From the NCBI RefSeq assembly GCF_032444005.1, contig NC_091285.1, forward strand, positions 644,304,001 through 644,368,000: a stretch of DNA of 64,000 bases. Reading direction: 5' to 3'. The translations under genes were made by a program, and so were the position numbers. The DNA is from Ranitomeya imitator. Taxonomy: Eukaryota. The stretch's first letter is position 1, and each line of letters starts with the position of its first letter. The notes under the pieces were generated by a model. It searched no databases. It was given only the letters and a program-made list of their open reading frames with translations, and was not told where the DNA came from. Positions 24,041-37,089 of this stretch are shown piece by piece.

Positions 24041-25366
24041 ACCTCACAAGAGCCTGGCAGTGCTGCTCTACAGGGGTCTCCTCATAAGAGCCTGGCAGTG
24101 CTGCTCTACAGGGGTCTCCTCATAAGAGCCTGGCAGCGCTGCTCTGCAGGGGTCTCCTCATAAGAGCCTGGCAGTGCTGCTCTACAGGGGTCTCCTCATA
24201 AGAGCCTGGCAGCGCTGCTCTACAGGGGTCTCCTCATAAGAGCCTGGCAGCGCTGCTCTACAGGGGTCTCCTCCTAAGAGCCTGGCAGTGCTGCTCTACA
24301 AGGGTCTCCTCATAAGAGCCTGGCAGCGCTGCTCTACAGGGGTCTCCTCATAAGAGCCTGGCAGCGCTGCTCTACAGGGGTCTCCTCATAAGATCCTCAC
24401 AGCGCTGCTCTACAGGGGTCTCCTCATAAGAGCCTGGCAGTGCTGCTCTACAAGGGTCTCCTCATAAGATCCTCACATAACGCTGCTCTACAGGGGTCTC
24501 CTCATAAGATCCTCACAGCGCTGCTCTACAGGGGTCTCCTCATAAGAGCCTGGCAGTGCTGCTCTACAGGGGTCTCCTTATAAAAGCCTCACAGCGCTGC
24601 TCTAAGGGTATGTGGGTGTGTGTGTGTGTGTCACCTCACAAGAGCCTGGCAGCGCTGCTCTACAGGGGTCTTCTCATAAGAGCCTGGCAGTGCTGCTCTA
24701 CAGGGGTCACCTCACAAGAGCCTGGCAGCGCTGCTCTACAGGGGTCTCCTCACAAGAGCCTGGCAGTGCTGCTCTACAGGGGTCTCCTCACAAGAGCCTG
24801 GCAGTGCTGCTCTACAGGGGTCTCCTCCTAAGAGCCTGGCAGTGCTGCTCTACAAGGGTCTCCTCATAAGATCCTCACATAACGCTGCTCTACAGGGGTC
24901 TCCTCATAAGATCCTCACAGCGCTGCTCTACAGGGGTCTCCTCACAAGAGCCTGGCAGTGCTGCTCTACAGGGGTCTCCTCACAAGAGCCTGGCAGTGCT
25001 GCTCTACAGGGGTCTCCTCATAAGAGCCTGGCAGCGCTGCTCTACAAGGGTCTCCTCATAAAAGCCTCACAGTGCTGCTCTACAGGGGTCTCCTCATAAA
25101 AGCCTCACAGCGCTGCTCTACAGGGGTCTCCTCATAAGAGCCTGGCAGTGCTGCTCTACAGGGGTCTCCTCATAAGAGCCTGGCAGCGCTGCTCTACAGG
25201 GGTCTCCTCATAAGATCCTCACATAACGCTGCTCTACAGGGGTCTCCTCATAAGATCCTCACATAACGCTGCTCTACAGGGGTCTCCTCATAAGATTCTC
25301 ACATAACGCTGCTCTACAGGGGTCTCCTCATAAGAGCTTGGCAGCGCTGCTCTACAGGGTCTCCTG
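24041..25366. repeat. ~38-bp minisatellite, ~35 copies, in a gpat4 intron
   Basis: Unit agagcctggcagtgctgctctacaggggtctcctcata; a (TG)n-containing spacer is repeated at ~24010 and ~24605. Confidence 0.95.
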
Positions 25367-25926
25367 AAATCAGGATGACTGCCCTGCTATTGGGGCTCTC
25401 AGGTATTACCATCTTATAAATAGCCAAGCATCATCATCCCTTTATCATCAGCAGGGGTCCAAATTCTGGGACCACCATAAAACCTGAGAATGAAGGGGAT
25501 TCAGCGCTGCGACTCCCTGGACAGCCGGAAGTCAGGAGGGCCACTGAGAGGAGGGCCACATATCTATTAGTCCCCTTCATTCAATGTATTGGCAGGGGTC
25601 CCAAATGTCAGACCCCTATGACCATACAGTGATGCCACATCCTTGCGACATTCCATCACTTTATAAGAAGGTAACCCCCCCCCCTGGAATCCGTATCCTG
25701 CAGGAAGACTATCACCAGGAGGCCAACTACTGCAGCGCCACCACTGGGGGAATTATGCATTACACTGTAATAACTGTAGGGGTTGGCCACAACTTTTTAT
25801 TGATGGTCTACCCTTAGGATAGGTGATAAATCAGCTGTTAACGGCACCATCAGTTCTCGGATGCTGCCGAAACACAGCAGCTCCGTCAAAACAATAGCGG
25901 CGGCAGCTGGGTAATGTAGATCCAGC

Positions 25927-27874
25927 CAGGGCATTACTGCTCTTACTGGCGTTTGGGGCCCCGTGGGCAGAGGGGGCCCCGTCTCATCTGCTCACTGGGC
26001 CCCTACCGGCAGGCTAAACCGGGCCCTTAGCGGCACTGCGGCAACACTTGACAGGCGGGTTTGGGCCCGAACGTCAATAGTTAACAGCCGCCAGCCAATT
26101 GGAGGCTGGCAGCTGACAGCAGCAGCAGCGCGCACGTTGCCGGCGTCTGACGTCAGTGTCGTCAGTTGCCGGCAAGTGCGCACTTCAGGTGAGTGGAGGG
26201 AGCTTAGTCTTCGCCGCAGGAGCGCAGCCAGGTAAGAACTTTTTAAAATTATTATTATTATTGGGGGCAGAACGCTGGACACACTGGGGGCAGAACGCTG
26301 GACACACTGGGGGCAGAACGCTGGACACACTGGGGGCAGAACGCTGGACACACTGGGGGCAGAACGCTGGACACACTGGGGGCAGGACTGGAGACAGGTG
26401 GGGCAAGAATGGAGACCCGGGGCAGAATGAAAGACATGGGTGCAGGATTGGATCATGGGGCAGGATGGATACGATGGAGACAGATGGGGAGATCATATGG
26501 GGCAGGATGGATACTCATGAGGGCAGGATGGGAGAACATATGGCTGACGCCAGGAATGAGACACACAGGGGCCAGGATGGGGAATATTATTACCATAGGG
26601 GCTAATTAAGGGATATTATTATTGCAGTCATATATTTATTTTATTTTTTGAGGATACTGTTTTAAATGGGGGGGCGGTCCTGTTACTGAGTAGAGTGACA
26701 CTATGTCGCCTTTTTTTCTTCATGTGGTGTAATGTAGAAGTTGGGAAAAATTAAGTAATGTGTTCCGCAAGCGGAGCTCGAGATAACTGTGTTATTTCCT
26801 GCAGAGACGAGTCCTGGCTGGAAGAAGTGATGGCGGTCTGTGCTGGATGAAAGATGAAGGACTTCACCTAGAGACGTCACTGGTGAGTCAGTGTGTTACC
26901 TATACACTGTATACTATATACAGAGCTCCTGTGTATAATGTCACCAGTGATCACTGCATTACCTACACATTATATACAGAGCTCCTGTGTATAATACCAC
27001 CAGTGATCACAGTATTACCTGTACACAGACACTGCATACTAAGTACAGATCTCCTGTGTATAATGGCACTTATGGTGATAGTATTGTATTTTTTTTTTTA
27101 TTACTAATCAGTAATGTAGTATTCAGTCACTTTGTGGTGGTAATATGTGATATGGTCATGGTGCGGTGGTATTTGTCCATTGTATGTGCTATTTGATCAC
27201 TATGTGGTAATAATATGGTGTCTGATCATGGTCTAGCGATCACTGTGGCAGTAATACGTGCTCTAGTCATGGTGCGGTGGTATTTGTTCCTTGTATGTGC
27301 TATTTGGTCACTATGTGGTGGTAATATGATGTCTGATCATGGTGCGGTGATATTTGTTCCTTGCATGTGATATTATTCGGTCATTGGTGGTATTATGTGG
27401 TCTGGACATGGTGTTGTGGTATTTGTTCCCTGCATTTGATATTATTCGATCACTGTGGCGGTAACATGTGGTCTGGACATGGTGTAGCGGTATTTGTTCG
27501 TTGTATGTGATATTATTGGTCATTTTAAAAATTGAAAAATAAATAAAAATATACCTAAATTGTATTGCATATTTTAACAAATATTTAGTAGGTTACAGCA
27601 GAGTAGAGCCCGGTCAAAAGTGTCTACTGTGTTATGGTAGCAGCTTAAAAAAATCTTTTGGCCAAATCAAAAGCTGCGGGCTATGTGTGTGATCTGGTGA
27701 TGGGAACTGTTAATGTGTGATTGGTGAGAAGTGCAGTTTTTCGAAGAGAGAGCGGTGGGGCTGTGGACAGTTCGAGGGGTGGAGGCGGGGCTGGGGTGGA
27801 GCCTGGGCGGAGTCTCAAAGGGGCCCTGAAAATTTTGCCAGTATGGGGCCCTGAAATTTCTAGTGGCAGCCCTG
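25927..27874. mobile_element. Non-autonomous hAT-like element (1.95 kb) with an internal 23-bp tandem repeat
   Basis: CAGGGC...GCCCTG ends; 8-bp TSD gatccagc (25919-25926, 27875-27882); (gggggcagaacgctggacacact)n at ~26263-26385. Confidence 0.75.
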
Positions 27875-28154
27875 GATCCAGCTGCTATTCATTTAAATAG
27901 GGGCGAATCTGCAGTACCTGGTCACGGCAGCTATATAAGTGACGCCGCTGCTGGGTGGCGGTAGCATCCAGTAACTGCTGATCAGCAGGGTGCCAGGTGT
28001 CGCACCCCCATCGATCAGAGAATAAGTGGGTATCTGTTCCCCACAATCATTCTTTTGCAACCATTCTCTGCTCCAGATCAATAGAATAGTGGATAACTTG
28101 CTCATCATTAGGGGGTCTGTCTGCTGGGACAAGAACAGAGGCCTGCAATTCCAT

Positions 28155-30810
28155 ACAGGATCAGTAATGTAATGTATGTACACAGTGACTGCACCAGCAG
28201 AATAGTGAGTGCAGCTCTGGGGTATAATACAGGATGTAACTCAGGATCAGTAATGTAATGTATGTACACAGTGACTGCACCAGCAGAATAGTGAGTGCAG
28301 CTCTGGAGTATAATACAGGAGGTAACTCAGGATCAGTAATGTAATGTATGTACACAGGGACTGCACCAGCAGAATAGTGAGTGCAGCTCTGGGGTATAAT
28401 ACAGGATGTAACTCAGGATCAGTAATGTAATGTATGTACACAGTGACTGCACCAGCAGAATAGTGAGTGCAGCTCTGAGGTATAATACAGGAGGTAACTC
28501 AGGATCAGTAATGTAATGTATGTACACAGTGACTGCACCAGCAGAATAGTGAGTGCAGCTCTGGGGTATAATACAGGATGTAACTCAGGATCAGTAATGT
28601 AATGTATGTACACAGTGACTGCACCAGCAGAATAGTGAGTGCAGCTCTGAGGTATAATACAGGAGGTAACTCAGGATCAGTAATGTAATGTACACAGTGA
28701 CTGCACCAGCAGAATAGTGAGTGCAGCTCTGGGGTATAATACAGGATGTAACTCAGGATCAGTAATGTAATGTATGTACACAGTGACTGCACCAGCAGAA
28801 AAGTGAGTGCAGCTCTGGGGTATAATACAGGATGTAACTCAGGATCAGTAATGTAATGTATGTACACAGTGACTGCACCAGCAGAATAGTGAGTGCAGCT
28901 CTGGAGTATAATACAGGAGGTAACTCAGGATCAGTAATGTAATGTATGTACACAGTGACTGCACCAGCAGAATAGTGAGTGCAGCTCTGAGGTATAATAC
29001 AGGATGTAACTCAGGATCAGTAATGTAATGTATGTACACAGTGACTGCACCAGCAGAATAGTGAGTGCAGCTCTGAGGTATAATACAGGAGGTAACTCAG
29101 GATCAGTAATGTAATGTACACAGTGACTGCACCAGCAGAATAGTGAGTGCAGCTCTGAGGTATAATACAGGATGTATCTCAGGATCAGTAATGTAATGTA
29201 TGTACACAGTGACTGCACAAGCAGAATAGTGAGTGCAGCTCTGGAGTATAATACAGGATGTAACTCAGGATCAGTAATGTGATGTATGTACACAGTGACT
29301 GCACCAGCAGAATAGTGAGTGCAGCTCTGAGGTATAATACAGGATGTAACTCAGGATCAGTAATGTAATGTATGTACACAGTGACTGCACCAGCAGAAAA
29401 GTGAGTGCAGCTCTGGGGTATAATACAGGATGTAACTCAGGATCAGTAATGTAATGTATGTACACAGTGACTGCACCAGCAGAATAGTGAGTGCAGCTCT
29501 GAGGTATAATACAGGAGGTAACTCAGGATCAGTAATGTAATGTATGTACACAGTGACTGCACCAGCAGAATAGTGAGTGCAGCTCTGGGGTATAATACAG
29601 GATGTAACTCAGGATCAGTAATGTAATGTATGTACACAGTGACTGCACCAGCAGAATAGTGAGTGCAGCTCTGGGGTATAATACAGGATGTAACTCAGGA
29701 TCAGTACAGGATCAGTAATGTATGTACACAGTGACTGCACCAGCAGAAAAGTGAGTGCAGCTCTGGAGTATAATACAGGATGTAACTCAGGATCAGTAAT
29801 GTAATGTATGTACACAGTGACTGCACCAGCAGAATAGTGAGTGCAGCTCTGGGGTATAATACAGGATGTAACTCAGGATCAGTAATGTAATGTATGTACA
29901 CAGTGACTGCACCAGCAGAATAGTGAGTGCAGCTCTGGGGTATAATACAGGATGTAACTCAGGATCAGTAATGTAATGTATGTACACAGTGACTGCACCA
30001 GCAGAATAGTGAGTGCAGCTCTGAGGTATAATACAGGATGTATCTCAGGATCAGTAATGTAATGTATGTACACAGTGACTGCACCAGCAGAATAGTGAGT
30101 GCAGCTCTGGAGTATAATACAGGATGTAACTCAGGATCAGTAATGTAATGTATGTACACAGTGACTGCACCAGCAGAATAGTGAGTGCAGCTCTGGGGTA
30201 TAATACAGGATGTAACTCAGGATCAGTACAGGATCAGTAATGTATGTACACAGTGACTGCACCAGCAGAAAAGTGAGTGCAGCTCTGGAGTATAATACAG
30301 GATGTAACTCAGGATCAGTAATGTAATGTATGTACACAGTGACTGCACCAGCAGAATAGTGAGTGCAGCTCTGGAGTATAATACAGGATGTAACTCAGGA
30401 TCAGTAATGTAATGTATGTACACAGTGACTGGACCAGCAGAATAGTGAGTGCAGCTCTGGGGTATAATACAGGATGTAACTCAGGATCAGTACAGGATCA
30501 GTAATGTATGTACACAGTGACTGCACCAGCAGAAAAGTGAGTGCAGCTCTGGAGTATAATACAGGATGTAACTCAGGATCAGTAATGTAATGTATGTACA
30601 CAGTGACTGCACCAGCAGAATAGTGAGTGCAGCTCTGGGGTAAAATACAGGATGTAACTCAGGATCAGTAATGTAATGTATGTACACAGTGGCTGCACCA
30701 GCAGAATAGTGAGTGCAGCTCTGGAGTATAATACAGGATGTAACTCAGGATCAGTAATGTAATGTATGTACACAGTGACTGCACCAGCAGAATAGGGAGT
30801 GCGGCTCTGG
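28155..30810. repeat. 86-bp satellite array, ~31 copies, in a gpat4 intron
   Basis: Unit ggatcagtaatgtaatgtatgtacacagtgactgcaccagcagaatagtgagtgcagctctggggtataatacaggatgtaactca, with 82- and 92-bp variants. Confidence 0.98.
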
Positions 30811-30962
30811 CTTTCTATAGTGAATGAAATCATGTTTTTTCCTATCTACATATAAACACAAAGTGGACATTCCCATTAATTACTGGACTCATACATTAAA
30901 TAGTAATATGGCCATGTGCCTTTTACTCACAAGTTACTATTGATACAACGTAGACGACTCAC

Positions 30963-31127
30963 CGTGAAAATTCGGAGCAAGGTTTTCATATACAACCGGC
31001 GGATGCCGAAGGACACCCCAAATATTGCGGGGACGATGATGAAGATGAGCAGGAGGGTGATCCACAAAGTAACAGACAGGCCCAGGAGGTTACACAGCAA
31101 GCTGTCAAAGGGGAGCAGGGAGCTCAT
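30963..31127 (-). CDS. gpat4: GPAT4 coding exon 1 (coding part): MSSLLPFDSLLCNLLGLSVTLWITLLLIFIIVPAIFGVSFGIRRLYMKTLLRIFT
   Basis: ATG at 31127, 165 nt, donor |gtgagt; matches the GPAT4 N-terminus (LLPFDSL...IIVPAIFGVSFGIR). The 12 exons sum to 1362 nt in frame. Confidence 0.97.
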
Positions 31128-31657
31128 GGTGTGAGCCAGACAGCGGCTGAGGGGGCGCTGACCAGATGAGACAAAGCCCACAAACTGGAGGGGAACTTGA
31201 GGTTTTGTTACTCCCGTGTGACCAGCGGCAGAATACAATGGACAGGTGACATTACTGGAGGCAGATGGGTAAAATGGCTTTTTAATTTGATTTTCCAACG
31301 CTTTTCCAGTGGTGCCAGCTTTGCAGCGTCCGTCCCTGGCAGTGCCCGCTCACAGGCTGATATCCGGCGTCTCCAGCCCCAGCCAGGTATCTGTGCAGCA
31401 ATGGTGACAGCGATCCTCCATCCACGCTCATCTGTGACGACCGCCGACCATGGCCATGCTCAGTCCTGACCGCCGTGGTACCCACAATCAGGGTCTGCTC
31501 TCCAGTCCAGTCTTAACAGAGCCCGTCCTGGCAAAGGCATGTCTTGGTGGTCAGGGTCTGGGAGGCGGCGTTCAACTACTCCCCTCACCGGGCATACGTC
31601 GGCTGCGGCCGTGCCCCTGACCTTCTCCTCCTCCTGGGCAGGAACGCAAGTGCCAGC
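31128..31657 (-). other. gpat4: gpat4 5' UTR portion of the first coding exon, containing multiple uORFs
   Basis: Acceptor tgtctcatgcag| at 31658/31657, with a CTAAC branch point at 31688-31684 and an upstream pyrimidine tract; six upstream ATGs. Confidence 0.6.
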
Positions 31658-32150
31658 CTGCATGAGACAGACACAGACAGCCGGTTAGAGGATGGCAGCC
31701 AAGACTCAGGGTCAAACGGAGAAAAAGAGGAAAAGCAAAGAGAGAAGAGAGGAGGAGGAGGCTGGAGTGGAAAAGTCAGGCGTCTGTGCAGGAAAGTATG
31801 TGCGGGTGAGGGTCACGCTGCCGTGTGTTGTGCCATCTACATAGGTGTTTGTGTCTAAACAGACGCAAGTCCCAGCACATATTGTACAAGACGACAACAA
31901 TTCTCATCTAACATAACACACAAAAGAGGTCACATCTCGCTCAGCAGACTATGGGGCCGTCAGACCAGGACCCTTGGAATGTATTTGCATCTCTCTTCTT
32001 GCTCCCCTTTAATGGGGACCTTTCTTAAAATCAGGATGGGTCCCATTTTGTAGTACAGATCAATTCCAATTCTGCATTTATGGGGCTGCGGACTGTGCAA
32101 GACCCCACTCACAAGAGTGCTATATAGCGTGCATGCAATACTGACAATTA

Positions 32151-33781
32151 CAGTTAGGGCCAGAAATATTTGGACAGTGACACAATTTTCGCGAGTTGGG
32201 CTCTGCATGCCACCACATTGGATTTGAAATGAAACCTCTACAACAGAATTCAAGTGCAGATTGTAACGTTTAATTTGAAGGGTTGAACAAAAATATCTGA
32301 TAGAAAATGTAGGAATTGTACACATTTCTTTACAAACACTCCACATTTTAGGAGGTCAAAAGTAATTGGACAAATAAACATAACCCAAACAAAATATTTT
32401 TATTTTCAATATTTTGTTGCAAATCCTTTGGAGGCAATCACTGCCTTAAGTCTGGAACCCATGGACATCACCAAACGCTGGGTTTCCTCCTTCTTAATGC
32501 TTTGCCAGGCCTTTACAGCCGCAGCCTTCAGGTCTTGCTTGTTTGTGGGTCTTTCCGTCTTAAGTCTGGATTTGAGCAAGTGAAATGCATGCTCAATTGG
32601 GTTTAGATCTGGAGATTGACTTGGCCATTGCAGAATGTTCCACTTTTTGGCACTCATGAACTCCTGGGTAGCTTTGGCTGTATGCTTGGGGTCATTGTCC
32701 ATCTGTACTATGAAGCGCCGTCCAATCAACTTTGCAGCATTTGGCTGAATCTGGGCTGAAAGTATATCCCGGTACACTTCAGAATTCATCCGGCTACTCT
32801 TGTCTGCTCTTATGTCATCAATAAACACAAGTGACCCAGTGCCATTGAAAGCCATGCATGCCCATGCCATCACGTTGCCTCCACCATGTTTTACAGAGGA
32901 TGTGGTGTGCCTTGGATCATGTGCCGTTCCCTTTCTTCTCCAAACTTTTTTCTTCCCATCATTCTGGTACAGGTTGATCTTTGTCTCATCTGTCCATAGA
33001 ATACTTTTCCAGAACTGAGCTGGCTTCTTGAGGTGTTTTTCTGTCTATTTTTGGTATTGATGAATGGTTTGCATCTAGATGTGAACCCTTTGTATTTATT
33101 GTAATGGAGTCTTCTCTTTACTGTTGACTTATAGACAGATACACCTACTTCACTGAGAGTGTTCTGGACTTCAGTTGATGTTGTGAACGGGTTCTTCTTC
33201 ACCAAATTATGTATGCGGCGATCATCCACCACTGTTGTCATCCGTGGACGCCCAGGCCTTTTTGACTTCCCAAGCTCACCAGTCAATTCCTTTTTTCTCA
33301 GAATGTACCCAACTGTTGATTTTGCTACTCCAAGCATGTCTGCTATCTCTCTGATGGATTTTTTCTTTTTTTTCAGCCTCAGGATGTTCTGCTTCACCTC
33401 AATTGAGAGTTCCTTTGACCGCATGTTGTCTGCTCACAGCAACAGCTTCCAAATGCAAAACCACACACCTGGAATCCACCCCTGACCTTTTAACTACTTC
33501 ATTGATTACAGGTTAACCAGGGAGACGCCTTCAGAGTTAATTGCAGCCCTTAGAGTCCATTGTCCAATTACTTTTGGTCCCTTGAAAAAGAGGACGCTAT
33601 GCATTACAGAGCTATGATTCCTAAACCCTTTCTCCGATTTGGATGTGGAAACTATCATATTGCAGCTGGGAGTGTGCACTTTCAGCCCATATTATATATA
33701 ATTGTATTTCTGAACATGTTTTTGTAAACAGCTAAAATAACAAAACTTGTGTCACTGTCCAAATATTTCTGGCCCTAACTG
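32151..33781 (-). mobile_element. Tc1/mariner transposon, full length, defective
   Basis: TA-flanked CAGTTAGGGCCAGAAATATTTGGACAGTGACAC TIR at both ends. ORFs 33424-32891 (HTH) and 32873-32406 (QMDNDPKH, WPSQSPDLNPIEHAF) are separated by a frameshift/deletion. Confidence 0.95.
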
Positions 33782-33966
33782 TATCTGCTACTGTACCCAT
33801 TTGTGTTTTGTGGGGGCTATAAAGGGGGTCTTTGTGATCGGCCAGGTCAACCAGTCTCATAGACTTTGAATCGAGCCCCACTCTGTTCCAACAGGGGATA
33901 TGGGACACCCTGTTTTCAAGATCCCGTGAATAGACAAAAAGTGTCAATTCCAGAAAATTTGCTAAA

Positions 33967-34182
33967 AGGGGTTGTCCAGGCCTGGGACACAAGTATGTGA
34001 CTGTAGAGCCGGGACGGTGTGTGGTCACGTGCAGATTACTCCCATCCGTCTCCTCTCAACGCACTTCTATTAAGACAGATCAAACATGTCTAGTTGGCAA
34101 ATCACATACATGGAGTCATGTGGCTGCCCGAGCGCTGAAACAGAGTGACTGCAGACTTATGTCCCAAGCCTGGAAAACCCCT
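33967..34182. mobile_element. Short T2/Kolobok-like MITE
   Basis: aggggttgtccagg ... cctggaaaacccct|ttaa inverted termini. Confidence 0.6.
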
Positions 34183-34569
34183 TTAAGAGGGAGCCTGTCA
34201 TTAAAGCAAAGCTGGTGTAACCACATTACACAGAACCGAACTGCAGCCTCTCAGACAAGATATAAAAAAGACCAGAGGGCAAATAGGGCGAGACCCTGGG
34301 TTAGAACAATACAGCTGAAGAAACATCAGGTTTTCTTGTACGATACTCGGACGTTTATACTTCCAAAAAGGAAATCTGTCAGAAGTTCACACCCCAAACT
34401 ATTTTTTTTTGCCCGTGTAGCTCTTTCCAAGTCCGTTCCTCAGTTACCGAGAAATCAGGGTGTGAATTGATATGTAAATGGGGCTGAAGAGCTATGGTAG
34501 ATCTGAAGCCTCTGTCACTCCAGCTCTATCCATCTTCCTGCTTGACTGACCGTCTCTGATAATAGTCAT

Positions 34570-35665
34570 TTTTGTTTCTAAAGCGCCAACATATTCTGCA
34601 GACAATAAAGACATTACAGAATAACACATGACTCAGATACCAAGAGGAGTGAGGGTCCTGCTCACAAGCTACAACCTATGAGGAGATAAGGGGGGACACG
34701 AAAGGTGAATGGTAAAAGTACTTGTATTGTACAATACAGCCATAACATACTGAGTAGGGTCTGCACATAACGCAGCATGAACCGGTCACCAGCCAGAATG
34801 TGCAGCACAGGACACAAACAGAGGGGTGCTAAGTGCATGGAGGGGGTGAACAGACGCCACGAGGGTCCTGATTCTGAAGAAAATTTTGTATGAGCCAAAC
34901 GGGGATAGTTACATAAGTGAGGGGAGGCGATATGTCAGTTTAAGGAAATGCATTTTTAGGCCATGCTTAAAACTGTGAGTATTGGGAATTAATAACGTTC
35001 TCATGGGTAGAGCATTCTAAAGAATTGGTGCAGCACGTGAGAAGTCTTGGAAATGGGAAAGGGAGGTTCAGATTATTGAGGATGTTAGTTCATTAGCAGA
35101 ACGGAGGGCACGTAGGGTGGCAGACTGAGACGAGGGAGGAGCTGAAGTGTGGAGCGCTTTGTGGGTGAGAGTGATAGGTTTATATTGGACTTTGTAACAC
35201 TGGGTAACCAGTGTAATGAGTGGCACAGGGTGGAGGCATCAGTGTAATGGCTGGAAAGGAATATGATCCTGGCTGCTGCATTCCTGACAAATTGGAGAGA
35301 GGAGAGTTTAGTAAAAGGGAGACTAATTAGTAGAGAGTTGTAATAGTCCAGACGACAGTGAATAAGAGTTACAGTAAGAGCTTTTGCCGAATTAAAGGTT
35401 AGAAAAGGTTGAATTCTAGAGATGTTTTTGAGGTGAAGGTGACATGAGCGAGCCAGTGATCGGATGTGGGGAGTGAAGGAAAGATCTGAATCAAATAGGA
35501 CACTAAGACAGTGGACATGCTGCAGGGGAGTAATGGTAGAGCCACACATGGAAATGGTAATATCGGGCATAGGTAGGTTAGTGGAGGGAGGAAACACAAG
35601 GAGTTCAGTTATTGAAAGATTCAGTATTAGATAAAGGGAGGGCATGATGTTAGGGACAGTAGAAA
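34570..35665 (-). mobile_element. 5'-truncated L2-clade LINE, inserted in a palindromic MITE (~34187-35945)
   Basis: ORF 35645-35085 has LFDSDLSFTPHI...LIHCRLDYYNSLL...NAAARII...LHWLP (L2 RT C-terminus); L2-type 3' tail near 34575-34600. The flanks (gctatggtagatctgaagcctctgtcactccagctct / agagctggagtgacggaggtttcagatctaccatagc) are the two arms of one MITE. Confidence 0.85.
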
Positions 35666-36289
35666 ACCTCTATGCTGTGTGACTTCAGGCCATCATGAAG
35701 CAGGAGAAGGCGGGGAACAGAGCTGGAGTGACGGAGGTTTCAGATCTACCATAGCCGTCCTCAGCCTCACGTACATAATGCAAATGTTGATTGTGAATGG
35801 ACTTCGAAAGCACTACATGGGCAATACTCCCCAATCTCAGCCTTCTCTGGTATCCAGTGCCGCTCTGGTGCTCTTCTGGGTCACGACGTGCTCTATACCT
35901 GAGCCGGAAGTGGCCTGTACAATGCAAGTGACTAGAGCCTAATCCTGATGTGGCACAGACTCACATTTCCCACTCCGGCATGAAGCCCAGTGTAACAGAT
36001 AGAAGCAAGGACCTGAGCACCACAAGGCCCAGGAAGATGCTCCACATAGGATTTATATCAGTATTTCACACCGCAGTAGGAAGTCCAAAGATGTCACTGC
36101 ACGTATGTCAGGGGGGTCCAGAGTACGGGTGGGCTTCCACTGAAAGGACAACAAGGACCAAATTGTGCACCAGGTTTATGGGTGCGAACTGAAGAGGAAC
36201 AAAGCGATGATGGGACTGGAGAAGACTGCGACTGATCCAAGCGGGAATCCACAGACACTACATACATGGTACAGTCACAGGTCTGACCC

Positions 36290-36570
36290 GTATAAAAGAT
36301 AAATGTGGCATAGATAGATAATAGATAGATAATAGATAAATGATAGAGATAAATAGATATGAGCTAGAAGATAGAAGACAAAACTGATAAATAGATAGAT
36401 AATAAATAGATAGATGATAGATAAATAGATGATAGATAATAAATAGAATGATAGATAATAAATAGACATATGGTAGATAATAAATAGACATATGGTAGAT
36501 AGATAATAGAGATGAATAGATAGATATGAGCTAGAAGATAGAAGACAAAACTGATAGATAAATAGAGAAT
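36290..36570. repeat. Degenerate (TAGA/GATA)n microsatellite region
   Basis: Low-complexity tagatagataata repeats. Confidence 0.9.
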
Positions 36571-37089
36571 AGAAGATATGTTAATCAGCGACCACTTTAC
36601 AAAAAAAAAAAACCTCTTTGCCCTCTTAACATTTTTATTCCATTTTTCTTGTCATTATTCCTTTAAATTCCATTAAGGGGGCGGGTTCCCTTTGATCGTA
36701 CCAGAGTCACACTCAACGGCTGCAAAGGGTTAAATCCTACCATGTGCACTCGCTGAAGCGTGACATAGTGGGTCAGAATAGGGGAGGCCATTAGTGGGTT
36801 AATGAGCATTGTATAAAAAATGAATACATTTAACAATAAATGAGACCCCCCCCCCCTCTGTCCTGGGGTGAGCGGGCACCGTGCCCCTATATTAGCGCCC
36901 TCCTAGGAGCAGCCATGGGAACCTGCTGCCCTGTCACCATTTACCTGCTGCCCTCGGTGTCTCACAGCCGCATTTCTAAGGCTGCAGTCACCCTGCCCGG
37001 GGCGTCCGTCCCCAGCTACTGAATGAGCCAGGAATGTTTGTCATAGGGACACAGCCCTTTAAAACTTCCCTTGCAGAGGATGAGACGAG

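Noticed and set aside
24556-25099. Repetitive ORFs (LLYRGLL...)
   Set aside because: 38-bp minisatellite translation.
25992-26605. 154- and 149-aa ORFs
   Set aside because: Derived from the 23-bp tandem repeat inside a hAT-like element.
28161-30833. Dozens of near-identical 64-66 aa ORFs (MYIHYITDPEL...)
   Set aside because: Artefact of the 86-bp satellite. Not a CRISPR array either: the units are contiguous with no unique spacers.
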